A stretch of DNA of 64,000 nt from Kiritimatiellia bacterium (GCA_050950285.1 JBMNHG010000003.1:248001-312000); one strand, 5' to 3'; numbered from the stretch's first letter, positions 39,395 to 49,896 are shown. Made by a program: numbers and translations. Notes: generated by a model from the sequence alone, not told the origin.

Positions 39395-40495
39395 CTACTT
39401 CGTGTAGCGCGTGCGGATGCCGACGGCGCGGAAGATTTCGGGGCGGAGGTCGTAGGGCTTCCCGCAGGCGGTGGCGGAAACGGAGCATGTGTAGCCGATG
39501 ACGATGCGGTTCTCGAGATCGGCCAAACCCTCCGAGCCGCCCAGGCCGCCCTGTCCGAAGATGCGCCCGAGTTCGTCGCGCCCGCCCCAGAGCCCGTAGC
39601 CCAGCCCCCAGACCATCTGCCACGTCTTGTCGAGCTCTGCGGCCTCGGGAACGGGTTCGCCCTCCCAGCGGCAGGGCTTGAGCGCGTTGGCCAGCGTTTC
39701 CGGGCGGATCAGCGGCGGCAGGCCGTCCATGCCCGTCAGGCGCAGGTAGAACTTCGCGATGCCGCGGGCGCTGGCGGCGGCATAGGCCGAAGGGATGCAG
39801 GCGCGGCGGTAGCACTCCTTGTTCATCTGCGTGAAGCCGTAGTCCTCCACGCCGTCATAGACGGTGACGCACCGCGCGATGGCTTCGTCGTCGAGGGCGA
39901 AATAGAACTCGCGCCCGATGCCGGCAGGGACCAGCACCAGCTCGCGCAGCACGTCGTGGATGGGCTTGCCCATGGCGCGGGCGAGCGGCTCGCCCAGAAT
40001 CCAGGCGTAGGTGATGCCGAGATACTCCGCGCGCGTGCCCGGCTCCAGGTGCGGCTTCATGTCCGCGCACTGCGCAACCATGAAGGCCCAGTCGCAGACG
40101 GATTCGTCCGGCGTGCCCGGCAACGGGCTGCCCGGCAGTCCCGTGCGGTGGCCGAGCACCTCGCGCACGGTGAGCTTCTCCATGCCATGGGCGGCAAATT
40201 CGGGCCAGTAGGAGGCAATCCTGTCATCGTAGTCCATTTTGCCGAGTTCCACGGCGCGATGCACCGCCGTGACGAACACCGGCTTCTCCGTGGAGAAGAT
40301 GGGGAAGAGCGAGTCGCCGTCGATCCGCCGCGTGCCGCCCTTCTCGTAGGTGCCGGCCCAGGCGTCGACCACGGGCTTGCCGTCGAGGTACACGCAGCAC
40401 TGCACGGCGCTTTGCGCCTGGGAGGCGACGGCGTCATCCAGGATCTCCTGGACGGCGCGCTGCATTGCGGAGGTCGGGCAGGCGGGTTTGCTCAT
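39395..40495 (-). CDS. Serine hydrolase, beta-lactamase/EstA family
   Basis: IFSTEK (SxxK), YWPEFA, VLGHRTGL, EPGTRAEY, FGQGGLGGS. Confidence 0.88.
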   Translation of the reverse strand: MSKPACPTSAMQRAVQEILDDAVASQAQSAVQCCVYLDGKPVVDAWAGTYEKGGTRRIDGDSLFPIFSTEKPVFVTAVHRAVELGKMDYDDRIASYWPEFAAHGMEKLTVREVLGHRTGLPGSPLPGTPDESVCDWAFMVAQCADMKPHLEPGTRAEYLGITYAWILGEPLARAMGKPIHDVLRELVLVPAGIGREFYFALDDEAIARCVTVYDGVEDYGFTQMNKECYRRACIPSAYAAASARGIAKFYLRLTGMDGLPPLIRPETLANALKPCRWEGEPVPEAAELDKTWQMVWGLGYGLWGGRDELGRIFGQGGLGGSEGLADLENRIVIGYTCSVSATACGKPYDLRPEIFRAVGIRTRYTK

Positions 40496-40596
40496 TGGAA
40501 CGTGCTCCTTCTCTCTGGACCTGGTCTTCAGGCGGGCGTGGCGGCCCGCACCTTGTTGCGACGCTTCGTCCTGATTCGCCTTCCTGCATCGGAGGG

Positions 40597-41646
40597 CTAG
40601 GCTTCGACGCCGGCCAGGCGGCACGGCACCTTGACGGGGTCCTGCCGGATCTCCGGCCGCCGGATCTTCCGGAGGAGCATCGCGACGGCCTCCATGCCGA
40701 GTTCGTGTTCCGGCAGCACCATGGTGGGTATCGGGCGGCGGTTGTAGAGCACCTCCTGCTCGTGCACGACGCCCAGCCGAAGCGCCTGGCCGACCGGGAG
40801 GCCGAGTTCCTCGCAGACGAGACACACGAGGTCCACCTCTTCCTGCCGGTAGCAGACGACCGCCGACGGCAGCTTCGGGCCGCGCAGGAACTCGCGCAGG
40901 CAGGCGAGGCGCTCGGGCTCCGGGTCCACCTTCAGGTCCAGCATCCGCGGCCGCAGCCCCTTGCCCTGGACCGCATCGAGGTACCCGTCGCGGCGGAGTT
41001 TCGAGCTGTAGTGCCAGGTTCCCTTGCCCACGTAGGCGACGTCCGCGCTGCCGGTTTCGATGAAATGCAGCGTCAACCGCCGCATCGCATCGAAATCGTC
41101 GGGGTAGACGCAATCGAACGCCTGCTTGGAGTTGATCCAGACGGAAGGCAGCCGGTACTCGTCGACGAAATCGATGAGTTTCCGGGGGATTTTGGCGTTG
41201 TAGTTGATGAGCAGGCCGTCGGCATAGAGATCGGCGAGCAGGTTCGGGACCACGCCGTCCTGCACCAGCTTGGCGTCCGGCAGCTTGGCGACGGTCATGT
41301 GCATGGCGTGCCTGGCGAGCCCGTCGAGCAGGCCGTAGAACAGCGCGACCGGCAACAGGCTGGTGGCCCGTTGCGCCCCGAGCAGCAGCGCGGCACAGTT
41401 GAACCGCCCGGTGCGCATCGCCCGCGCCGCCGAGTTGGAGCGGTAGCCGAGTTCGCGGGCCACGCGGACGATCTTCTCCCGGACGGCGGCGCTGACGCAG
41501 ATGTTGCTGGCGCCGCCGTTGAGCACCTTGCTGACGACCGGTTGCGAGACGCCCACGACTTTGGAAATGTCGGTGGTTGTAACGCGGCCTTGGAACGCGC
41601 GCCGGGGGGAATCGGCCCTGGCCGGAGGCCTCCCGTCAGATTTCAT
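40597..41646 (-). CDS. LacI-family transcriptional regulator
   Basis: TTTDISKVVGVSQPVVSKVLN HTH; ARELGYRSNSAARAM. Confidence 0.9.
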   Translation of the reverse strand: MKSDGRPPARADSPRRAFQGRVTTTDISKVVGVSQPVVSKVLNGGASNICVSAAVREKIVRVARELGYRSNSAARAMRTGRFNCAALLLGAQRATSLLPVALFYGLLDGLARHAMHMTVAKLPDAKLVQDGVVPNLLADLYADGLLINYNAKIPRKLIDFVDEYRLPSVWINSKQAFDCVYPDDFDAMRRLTLHFIETGSADVAYVGKGTWHYSSKLRRDGYLDAVQGKGLRPRMLDLKVDPEPERLACLREFLRGPKLPSAVVCYRQEEVDLVCLVCEELGLPVGQALRLGVVHEQEVLYNRRPIPTMVLPEHELGMEAVAMLLRKIRRPEIRQDPVKVPCRLAGVEA

Positions 41647-44600
41647 GATCGGCCTCCGCGGTGATCGCGATCACGGCGATCGAGTCCTTCGGCGCGGTGT
41701 TTCGAAGCACGATCGTCTGGATCGGCCGCTCCGGCGCCGGATTCTCGCCCGGCCAGCGGTAGAGCGAGGCCTGCGGGTCCTTGATGGTCTCCCCCGTCCA
41801 CGCCACCCGCCCGGTCTTGACCGGGTCGCTCCAGCGGTAGATGCCGAAATGGTCGCCGCCGGAGAAGACGACGGGGGCGCGGTCGTCGCCGAAGGACATC
41901 TCCAGCATGGGGCCGCTGTCGAAGCCGCTTTTCGCGCCCAGGAACTGCAGGCGGCCGGCCTTCACCGGCGTCGGCAGGGAGATCGTCACGGACTCGCCGG
42001 GGCCGACCACGATGCAGCCGCGCCCGCCGTTTTTCTCCGGATCCTGCAGCCGGAAGGGCACGCATCCCAGGGTCAGCGGCGTTTCGGGGAAGGGCTCCTT
42101 CGGGCAGTGGTTGCGCGCCTCCATGCTCCAGCCGCAGAGGTTGACGGGGAAGTAGCGCATGTCGTTGTCGTCCCCGAACCAGCCGGCCGGCTCGAACGTG
42201 CCGTCCGCCTTCTTGCGCAGCGGGTCGTTCCAGAGGTTGCGGTTCATGGACGCGGCGATGTCCAGGGGCTCCCAGGAGACGAGCGGGGGGTCGCGGGCGA
42301 CATCCACGCCCGCGTTGTGGAGCATCGTGCGCAGCGTGCGGCCCACGCGCTCGGGGGATGCGGTGGCGTTCTCGACCATCTTCAGGGTCGAGACGACGAG
42401 CGTCCCTTTCCCGACGGCGACTTCGGCGAAGGCGGCCGGCTCCGTGCGGAAGACGGGCTTCCGGGAAGCTCCTTCCGTCGCCTCCAGGATGGCGCTGGCG
42501 GCGTGCATCTCCTGCCGCGGCCCGTTGAACTTCATCGGCGGATGCAGCCCTGTCCCCGCGTAGCGGAAGCGATTCCACATCTCGCCGGGCTTCCACCAGA
42601 ACAAGTCGTCGTTCGAAACGCCATGCAGCAGGCCCGGCTCGGCGACGCGCGTGACGTGCTTGACCCCGTTGTCCACCTGGGCGATGGAGGCCGGGTTCCA
42701 CGGCACGGGGCATTCCACCACGGGCGGCTGCGCCAGGCGCAGGCCATGCCGGGCCAGCAGGTTCGCATCGGTGTTCGTGGCGAGATTCATCCAGAACACC
42801 GTGCACCCCCGGGCGAGCGCCGCCTCGCTGCGCTTCGCCTGCTCGTCCGTGAGTCCTGCCGTGCCGTCGACCACCAGGCAGCCGGCCTGGTCCGGATCGG
42901 CGTCCACCGGAATCCGCAGCGCGTCGAACATCGCCGCCACCGGCGCGTTGGTCGCGGCGCCGGAGTCGATGGCGACACGGAGCGCGGGGCGCGCCGGATC
43001 GCGCGCGAACTCCTGCAGGGCCGATTGCAGCACGTACGGCGCCACGGGCTCCACGTCATACCGCCCGGAGACCGGGAGCTGGCAGACGAGCCACGCGCCC
43101 TTGCCGCGGAAGACGCGGAAGATCTGCGCGGAGGTGAGCCCCTCCTTGCGGCCGGCGTCCCAGAAGATCTGCGCGTTCTCCGCCGGCTTCGGGCATCCGG
43201 AATGCCCGACGTAGCCGTCCGGCATCCACGAGCGCATGGACTCCTCGGCGATGTCGGGCATCGCCGTCAGGCTCCGGCGCCAGACGAACGTCTGCCGGCG
43301 GCGGTACTCGACGGCCACGGGCGACCACGATCCTTCCGGCGCCTCCAGGATCATGGCCTGGCCGCCCCGGCGGACCCACTGCTCGAGGGCCACTCCCTCG
43401 GCGTCGGAGAGGGGTTTGTCCACGACGATGCGCCGGGGGGCCGAGGCGATCGCCGCCGCCGCGGTGTCGTACATGCCGCCGCGGAAGCTGGAGCGGCGCA
43501 GCGGGCTGTCCGGCGTGGCCAGCAGGGCCGTGCCCCGGGGGACCCGCAGCTTCTTCAGCGGCGGATAGACCCGGAACACGTAGGTGCGTTCCGCCAGCAC
43601 CCGCCCGTCCGTGGTGCGCAACGCGAAGGCCACTTCATACCGGCTGCCCGCCGGAGCCCTCGCCGGCGGCTCGATCGCGATCCTCTGCTCGTAGCGCCCG
43701 CCCTGCCCGAGGCGGAACGGATCGGAAACGGAAGCGGATACGGTCTTGCCCCGGAAACGGTCCTCGCGCGCCAGCACGCAGTCGTAGTCCTCGAACCACT
43801 GGTTGTAGGCGAAGACCTGCCGTTCCGCCTTCTCGCCGGCGCGCAGGTTCGGGAAGAACTCGCGCATCGCGATCAGATAGTCCGGCTGGAGCTGGCCGTA
43901 GTCGTAGTAGCGGCTCTTCTTCTCGCCGGGGTAGACGCACCACGGCTCCCAGGTGGCCAGGCCGGAGTAGTAATAGCCTTCGGCACAGGTGCGGACGGCC
44001 TTCGAAAAGGCCTTGAAGTAGCCCTCTTCGGTGTAGTGCGAATCGCCGGCGAACTTGGCCATGCCCAGGTGTTGGTCCGTCATGCCGTGGTAGAAGTCTT
44101 CGGAGATGCAGAGCGGCTTGTCCTTGGTGGAGATGCGCTGCCACGAGAGCTTCCCGTCGGCGTACCAGTAGGCGATGTCCGGCAGCTCCGAGCCGTCGGC
44201 GCACAGGCCGATGGGATAGTGGAAGTTGCGCAGCGGGGCCGGGCCCACGCTCCCCTTGACGGGGTAGCCGAGGTCGACCTCGCCGCAGGCGGTCCAGGGG
44301 CGCGTGGGATCGGCCTCCTCGACCAGACGGGCCGAGGCGACCTGCTTCTCGGTTGTCGGCTCCTCCCTGGGCCCACCCTCGTCCCCGCCATAGATGGTGC
44401 CGAATTCGTTGGAGACACACCAGTAGATGATGGACGGATGGTTCCGGTGGGCCTCGACCATCTGCACCAGGTGGTGCCGATAGAGAGGCCAGAATTTTTC
44501 CGAGCGCCAGGCCGCACCCGTGCCGGCGTGCGCCACGGGCTGGAGCAGCGCGCCGAACTCGTCGGCGGCGTCGGCCAGGCGGTAGGTGTCCGCGCCGAAG

Positions 44601-45658
44601 ACGCGGAACCCGTTCACGCCGCGCTCGCGGTTGCGCTGGAACCACTCGAAGAGCACCGCCTTGTCCGTCCGCTGTTCCGGCAGGAAGGTGCAGCGGCGGT
44701 TGAGGAAGGGCTTGCCGTTGAGCAGGAGCCTGTTGCCCCGGATGGAAATCTGCCGGAAGCCGAAGCGCTGGCGATAGGCGTCCCAGACGCGCCCGTCGGC
44801 GGCGGATGCGAGCCGGAAGTCGCAGAAGAAGAGCTTCGGATGGGCCGGCGACCACAGCTCGGCGGACGGCCAGTCCCGCCGGACCTCCACCCGGGCGGTG
44901 CCGCGGGCCGGAAGCTTCACGCGCACGGGGGCGTTCGTCCAGGCGCCGGCGACGGCGGCGGCAAGGTCGGCCTCGACCTCCCGGTCCGTATGGTTCGCCA
45001 CCGTGACACGCGCCAGGAAGACGCGCCGGGGGACGACCTGCGTCTCGACCGCGACATCCTGGATGTACACCGGGCCGGACACCTCCACGTGCACGGGGCG
45101 GGTGATGCCGACCGTATCGGAACCCTCCCAGACGGGGGTGTCGACCCACGGCCGCCGCACGCCGTCCTTGCGCAGCGCCACGGTCAGCGTGTTGGTCCCG
45201 GGCCGGGCGTCGGCCGAAACATCCAGCCGCTGCGGCACGTCGAACGTGGCGGGGCGCTCCTGCGGCATGCCGCCGTTGAGCGAGACCGAGAACGATTCGC
45301 CGATGCGCTCGAAGAACACCGTGACCATGGCCCCCTCGGGGAGGTCCGGCGGCAGGACAAAGTCGCGGCGCAGGTAGACGTTTGCCGCGTCGCCGACTCG
45401 CAGCGCCGAAGGCACCGGGGAGTCCTTCCACACGGCCGTGGCCTCGTCGAGCGGCACCTCCTCCAGCGCATAGGTCTTTTTCCCCTTCTCGTCGACCCGG
45501 TCGTGCCGGATGCACGCCACGTCGGCGCGCCTCCACGCGCCGGCGAGGTCGATCGCGCGGCGCGGCGAGGCGATGTGGTGGAGGATCGGCTCCAGCGGTG
45601 CGGCCTGCAGCAGGGTGGCGGAGGCGAGGAGAAGGGCGGCAAGGGCGTTTCGTTTCAT
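41636..45658 (-). CDS. Secreted GH2-like glycoside hydrolase (1340 aa), paralog of 29695-33789
   Basis: Signal MKRNALAALLLASATLLQA; LWSPAHP, RFGFRQI, LLNGKP, RNHPSIIYWCVSNE, DPTRP. Confidence 0.78.
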   Translation of the reverse strand: MKRNALAALLLASATLLQAAPLEPILHHIASPRRAIDLAGAWRRADVACIRHDRVDEKGKKTYALEEVPLDEATAVWKDSPVPSALRVGDAANVYLRRDFVLPPDLPEGAMVTVFFERIGESFSVSLNGGMPQERPATFDVPQRLDVSADARPGTNTLTVALRKDGVRRPWVDTPVWEGSDTVGITRPVHVEVSGPVYIQDVAVETQVVPRRVFLARVTVANHTDREVEADLAAAVAGAWTNAPVRVKLPARGTARVEVRRDWPSAELWSPAHPKLFFCDFRLASAADGRVWDAYRQRFGFRQISIRGNRLLLNGKPFLNRRCTFLPEQRTDKAVLFEWFQRNRERGVNGFRVFGADTYRLADAADEFGALLQPVAHAGTGAAWRSEKFWPLYRHHLVQMVEAHRNHPSIIYWCVSNEFGTIYGGDEGGPREEPTTEKQVASARLVEEADPTRPWTACGEVDLGYPVKGSVGPAPLRNFHYPIGLCADGSELPDIAYWYADGKLSWQRISTKDKPLCISEDFYHGMTDQHLGMAKFAGDSHYTEEGYFKAFSKAVRTCAEGYYYSGLATWEPWCVYPGEKKSRYYDYGQLQPDYLIAMREFFPNLRAGEKAERQVFAYNQWFEDYDCVLAREDRFRGKTVSASVSDPFRLGQGGRYEQRIAIEPPARAPAGSRYEVAFALRTTDGRVLAERTYVFRVYPPLKKLRVPRGTALLATPDSPLRRSSFRGGMYDTAAAAIASAPRRIVVDKPLSDAEGVALEQWVRRGGQAMILEAPEGSWSPVAVEYRRRQTFVWRRSLTAMPDIAEESMRSWMPDGYVGHSGCPKPAENAQIFWDAGRKEGLTSAQIFRVFRGKGAWLVCQLPVSGRYDVEPVAPYVLQSALQEFARDPARPALRVAIDSGAATNAPVAAMFDALRIPVDADPDQAGCLVVDGTAGLTDEQAKRSEAALARGCTVFWMNLATNTDANLLARHGLRLAQPPVVECPVPWNPASIAQVDNGVKHVTRVAEPGLLHGVSNDDLFWWKPGEMWNRFRYAGTGLHPPMKFNGPRQEMHAASAILEATEGASRKPVFRTEPAAFAEVAVGKGTLVVSTLKMVENATASPERVGRTLRTMLHNAGVDVARDPPLVSWEPLDIAASMNRNLWNDPLRKKADGTFEPAGWFGDDNDMRYFPVNLCGWSMEARNHCPKEPFPETPLTLGCVPFRLQDPEKNGGRGCIVVGPGESVTISLPTPVKAGRLQFLGAKSGFDSGPMLEMSFGDDRAPVVFSGGDHFGIYRWSDPVKTGRVAWTGETIKDPQASLYRWPGENPAPERPIQTIVLRNTAPKDSIAVIAITAEADHEI

Positions 45659-45787
45659 GCGGAGGGCTTTGTCGGGCAAGTCGGTTTTTACGACGGCAGT
45701 ACCCCGGCGGGCCCGCTCGATGCCAAGCCCGTGCCCGTCCTGGCCTGCAACTCGCGAGGACGCCCGCGTTCCCGGTTCACGGGTCGA

Positions 45788-48304
45788 TCAGCGGAGCAGG
45801 AAGATCGTCCCCCTGGCCTTTTGGATCTCGTAGCAGCCCATGTCCACCACGTCGTGGACAATGCGGGGGTTGCCGGCAAGATCCAGGGTGTAGTCCATCC
45901 ACCAGGTGCGGTTTTCCCCGCGATCCTTGACCACGGCGTCGTAGGCCAGCCGGTAGTCGCCGGAAGCCCGGTCCTTGAACAGCGGATCGGTCGTTTTCAG
46001 GAGAATGCAGCCATCGACGCCATCAGTCCAAAACGTGTCTTCGGTGCCGATGCAGGAGGTGTGGACGTTGATCGTTTTGCTATTGTAAACGTCGTCCTCA
46101 TGTCCGACGACGATGCAGTTGCGCAACGTGGCATCACAAGAGCCGTTGGCGATGTTGTAAACGCCGGACGAGGTCGTTGATTCCGCATTCACGTTATCCG
46201 CCACCGTGCAGTTCTCCATGACCAGGAAGGAGAAGCTGCCGTTGTCGCTATTGAACACGCCGTCCCCGACCCCCGTGCGCTGCCATTCAGGGGCATACGT
46301 GTTGTTGGAAACGATCAGGCTGTCATAGATCCACGTGGTGCCGCCTTTGTTGTACACGCCGGCGCCTCGCCCCCCTCCATTTTTAGCGACGGCGGACGTG
46401 CGGTTCCCGACGATGGTGCAGTTGACGAGGTTTGCGAGGCCGCCGACGACCGCCACGCCGCCGCCGCGACCGCCATTGCCGTAGCTTATATGCGTTCGAT
46501 TCAACAGGTCGTTGTTTTGAATGGTGCAGCGTTCGAGCAGGAGCGAGGTGCCGCAGGAGGCAATCCCGCCGCCATACGCTTCGATGTTGTACGCTTTAAT
46601 TTTCTTGTTCTGAGCGACGCTGTCGCGAATCGTGCAATCGGTGAACCGGATGCCGCCGCCGTGGACGATAAGCACGGCGCCGCCGTAGATCGACTTGCTT
46701 TCTTCCTCTGTTGCATACCCCCCCGTCAAGACGAGCCCGGAGAAGGCTATGTTGAGACAGTTGTTGATCTCCAGGATGCGGCGGCCTTCGGTCTTCTCGT
46801 TGTCGAGCGTCGCGCCGTTCCCGATGAAGGAAAGGCCGATCCGGTTGTCGAGGACGCAGGGGAACACCTCGCCGGATGATGCCGTGTAGGTGCCGGGGCC
46901 GATGTGGAGCGTGCCCCAGTCGGGCAGGACCGTGAGCGCCTTCGTGATGCTCCGGTACGGTTTTGCGGCGCTGCCGTCGCCGGTGGCGTCGCTGCCCGTC
47001 GTCGCGACATGGAGGGTGACCACGGGGGGGGCGGTCGTCCCGGCGGCCGCATGGTAGCCGAGATCCACCGTGCCGGCATCGGCGGCGCCGTTCGCCTGGG
47101 TGGTGCGGGCGTCCAGGCCGGCTTCGGCGGCGGTCGTGCTGCCGGCGTCCACGCACGGGCTGCCCGGCTTCAGGTAGAAGCCGCGGTCGAACTGCGGATC
47201 GTCGTAAATCAGCGCCGTCCCCTCGTCGCCGTCGAAGCGACCGACGTTGCAATGGGCCAGTGTCACATTGGCGGAAGAGCCGGCGATGTCGTCGCCGTTC
47301 CCCCACACGATGCAGTCGGTGAAGGTGGATGTCCCGCCGCTTTGGTACAGTCCTTCGCCCATGTTGAAGGCCAGGGTGCTGTTCCGGACGGTGAACGCAG
47401 TTCCGTAGAGGCCGTCGCCGCGTCCCGAGTATTTTGTGTTTTGGCCCCAGGAGTTTTCGTCGCTGGCGTTGTTCCCATAAATGAGGCAGTTCTCGATCTG
47501 GAACGTCCCTTCGGCGCTGAAAATGCCGCCTCCGCAGGGCCAGCCTCCGGCGCTGGATCGAATGGCTCCGTTGCCGCGAACCACGCTGTTGCTGAGGATG
47601 ACCGTGCTTGTTGAACCAAGTGCGGCGATGCCGCCTCCACGAGCGTCGCTCCAGCTCTCCGCTTCCATGACTGCCGCCATGTTTTCGGCGACCAGGCTGT
47701 CCGCGAGGGTCACGGCGCTCGCCTCGATGCAGACGCCCCCGCCATAATTGTGGCAAAAACCGCCCGTGCCGTATTTTTCGACTGTGTTGTTCGTGATCGT
47801 GCAAGCGGAGAGCGTCACGTCGGTGGAGTTCAGGATGTAGAGGCCGCCGCCGTAGGCGTGGGCGCTGGCGACCGTGTTCGAGGCGAGCCCGCCGGTCACG
47901 GTGACGCCGGAGAGCGTGGCGTTGACGGCGCCGTCCATGTGCAGGATGCGGCAGATGCTGCCGTCCGCGCGGCCCAGGATCGTCGGCCATCGGGCGGGGT
48001 CGGACGCCCCCGGCGCGCCCGTGCCTTCGTAGCCGCCCTTCACGGTGAGGTTGGTCTTGTTGGCCCAGAGGATTTGCGTGGTCAGGGAATAAGTGTCCCC
48101 CTTCACGTGGATCACGTCGCCTTCTGCGGACGCGTTGATCGCGTCTTGGAGGCTCGTGTAGGCTGTGTCCCAGCTCGTGCCGCCGGTGTTGTCGCCCGAC
48201 AAGGCGACATACCGGTCGGCGGCGGAAAGCCGCGCGGCGGCACCGACGCTGCAGAACACCAGCGCCGAAAACAGGATCACACGTGGGATGCGAACGATTT
48301 TCAT
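45788..48304 (-). CDS. Secreted right-handed beta-helix repeat protein (838 aa)
   Basis: Signal peptide; GTSWDTAYTSLQDAI; GDGSAAKPYRSITKAL; GGG(I/V) repeats; DLAGNPRI...VDMGCYE; ends KARGTIFLLR. Confidence 0.8.
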   Translation of the reverse strand: MKIVRIPRVILFSALVFCSVGAAARLSAADRYVALSGDNTGGTSWDTAYTSLQDAINASAEGDVIHVKGDTYSLTTQILWANKTNLTVKGGYEGTGAPGASDPARWPTILGRADGSICRILHMDGAVNATLSGVTVTGGLASNTVASAHAYGGGLYILNSTDVTLSACTITNNTVEKYGTGGFCHNYGGGVCIEASAVTLADSLVAENMAAVMEAESWSDARGGGIAALGSTSTVILSNSVVRGNGAIRSSAGGWPCGGGIFSAEGTFQIENCLIYGNNASDENSWGQNTKYSGRGDGLYGTAFTVRNSTLAFNMGEGLYQSGGTSTFTDCIVWGNGDDIAGSSANVTLAHCNVGRFDGDEGTALIYDDPQFDRGFYLKPGSPCVDAGSTTAAEAGLDARTTQANGAADAGTVDLGYHAAAGTTAPPVVTLHVATTGSDATGDGSAAKPYRSITKALTVLPDWGTLHIGPGTYTASSGEVFPCVLDNRIGLSFIGNGATLDNEKTEGRRILEINNCLNIAFSGLVLTGGYATEEESKSIYGGAVLIVHGGGIRFTDCTIRDSVAQNKKIKAYNIEAYGGGIASCGTSLLLERCTIQNNDLLNRTHISYGNGGRGGGVAVVGGLANLVNCTIVGNRTSAVAKNGGGRGAGVYNKGGTTWIYDSLIVSNNTYAPEWQRTGVGDGVFNSDNGSFSFLVMENCTVADNVNAESTTSSGVYNIANGSCDATLRNCIVVGHEDDVYNSKTINVHTSCIGTEDTFWTDGVDGCILLKTTDPLFKDRASGDYRLAYDAVVKDRGENRTWWMDYTLDLAGNPRIVHDVVDMGCYEIQKARGTIFLLR

Positions 48305-48519
48305 TGGGTTCTCCTTTTTGTCTTCCCGCATTCGCGGGGGGTCGGCTGTCGCCCCGATCCGGGCTGTCGCCCCGATCCGGGCCGATGGGTGGAGTATTAC
48401 GTATAATGGCCGGAATGTCAATTTGTTTTTCGTTTGTTTTTCGTTTGTTGCGCGGAGGGCGCAGAGGAGGGGGCGATCAGGGGATTGCGGCGCCACTTCA
48501 CGGTCGGCCGCCGCCGGAA

Positions 48520-48845
48520 GGCTCCGGTCGCACCTGATCTCGGCGCTGCTCCTGCCGGACCGGGCGACGCTCTCGAAACCGGGAGGTTTTTGGGATCGCG
48601 AGCCATCCCGCAACGCCATCGGGATCGGACGGATCGGGGGAGAGGACGCTCGACCTGCGACTCGCGACACACGGCACGCCCGCTCCCGCAGGGTTGGCCG
48701 CTTTGGGAAGCCGTGCCGAGCGTCGCAGGTCGAGCGTCGGGTGTCGCCGTGGAGGGACGACCTGCCCGGGGACCGCCGTCCCCGGCGGGCCGGGTGGCTG
48801 GAGGGGACGACCTCCGTGTCGTCCGTCTGGGTCTTGCAAGAGCCT
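48520..48845. repeat. Composite repeat, a rearranged copy of 50051-50186, plus REP-like hairpins
   Basis: GGCTCCGGTCGC(A/G)CCTGATCTCGGCGCTGCTCCTGCCGGACCGGGCG and CGAGCGTCGCAGGTCGAGCGTCGGGTGTCGCCGTGGAGGGACGACCTGCC are shared; the middle block is inverted. Confidence 0.75.
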
Positions 48846-48878
48846 TTTGCAGTATGAATCGTGGCCGAGTTGGCAAGA

Positions 48879-48954
48879 TGGAGCGGGCAACGGGACTCGA
48901 ACCCGTAACAGCCAGCTTGGAAGGCTGGAATTCTACCCATTGAACTATGCCCGC
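48879..48954 (-). tRNA. tRNA-Gly (TCC)
   Basis: GCGGGCA/TGCCCGC acceptor stem, CCAGC-ctTCCaa-GCTGG, GGTTCGA T-loop, encoded CCA. Confidence 0.95.
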
Positions 48955-49102
48955 GATGGACGAACGTGCCGACAACCATAGCACATCCTCCGGCTCTGGT
49001 TCAACTGAATTCGCCTGTCGATGTGCCGCCCCTGGACGGTGAAAAAATCCTCTTGCGCCACATCGGGGGGATGTGCTACGGTGTCGGCGTTTTCACCACC
49101 GA

Positions 49103-49178
49103 GCGAGCTTAACTCAGTTGGTAGAGTCCTACCTTGCCAAGGTAGTGGTCGAGGGTTCGAGTCCCTTAGCTCGCTCCA
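49103..49178 (+). tRNA. tRNA-Gly (GCC)
   Basis: GCGAGCT/AGCTCGC acceptor stem, CTACC-ttGCCaa-GGTAG, GGTTCGA, CCA. Confidence 0.95.
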
Positions 49179-49197
49179 TTTTTATGCCCTTTCGAAT

Positions 49198-49274
<77 letters not shown>

Positions 49275-49308
49275 TTCCGGAAACACGAAAAGGCCGTCCC
49301 CCAAGGGA

Positions 49309-49896
49309 ATGCGCAGGCGCCTCCAAAGCATCGTGGTTTGCCTGGTCCTTGCAGGCCTTTCGTGGTGTGTCGTCCTGGGGACCATCGTGTGGCGATATGG
49401 AGCGCACGACCGGGCGGCCAAGGCGGATTGCATCATCGTCCTTGGAGCGGCGGTCCGGGGAGCCGGGGCATCGCCCGTATTGGAAGAGCGCATTCGGCAC
49501 GGCATCCATCTCTACGATGCCGACTATGCTCCCAAGCTTCTGTTCACCGGTGGCATCGGCGACGGGCAGACTCGTTCGGAGGCCGGCGTTGGAAGGTCGA
49601 TGGCCATGCGGCATGGGATTCCTGCCGGGGATATCCTCGTGGAAGAGGAGTCGCGGACGACCCGGCAGAACCTGTCGGGAGCATTGGCCGTGATGAAGCG
49701 GCACCGGCTTGGCTCCGCGATACTTGTCAGCGACCCGTTGCACATGAGGCGAGCGATGATGATGGCGGATGATTTGGGCATGGCCGCCGTCTCGTCCCCG
49801 ACCCCGACATCCCAGTACCGGTCGCCCGGGACGAAGATGGGCTTCCTGCTTCGCGAGCTGTACTTCATCCACCACTACATCGTCACCGGACACTGA
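49309..49896 (+). CDS. YdcF/DUF218-family membrane protein
   Basis: N-terminal TM; DCIIVLGA, LFTGG, SEA, EEESRTTRQN, VSDPLHMRRA. Confidence 0.88.
   Translation: MRRRLQSIVVCLVLAGLSWCVVLGTIVWRYGAHDRAAKADCIIVLGAAVRGAGASPVLEERIRHGIHLYDADYAPKLLFTGGIGDGQTRSEAGVGRSMAMRHGIPAGDILVEEESRTTRQNLSGALAVMKRHRLGSAILVSDPLHMRRAMMMADDLGMAAVSSPTPTSQYRSPGTKMGFLLRELYFIHHYIVTGH

Noticed and set aside
45712..45727. Sigma54-like TTGGCA-N-GC upstream of the GH2-like gene
   Set aside because: The -12 element is GGGC rather than TTGC; too weak in high-GC DNA.
48343..48383. 18-bp tandem duplication GGCTGTCGCCCCGATCCG in a 5' UTR
   Set aside because: Only two copies and no evidence of function.
48305..48979. N-terminal extension of the 1063-aa ORF
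   Set aside because: It runs through a tRNA and repeats; the signal peptide starts at 48304.
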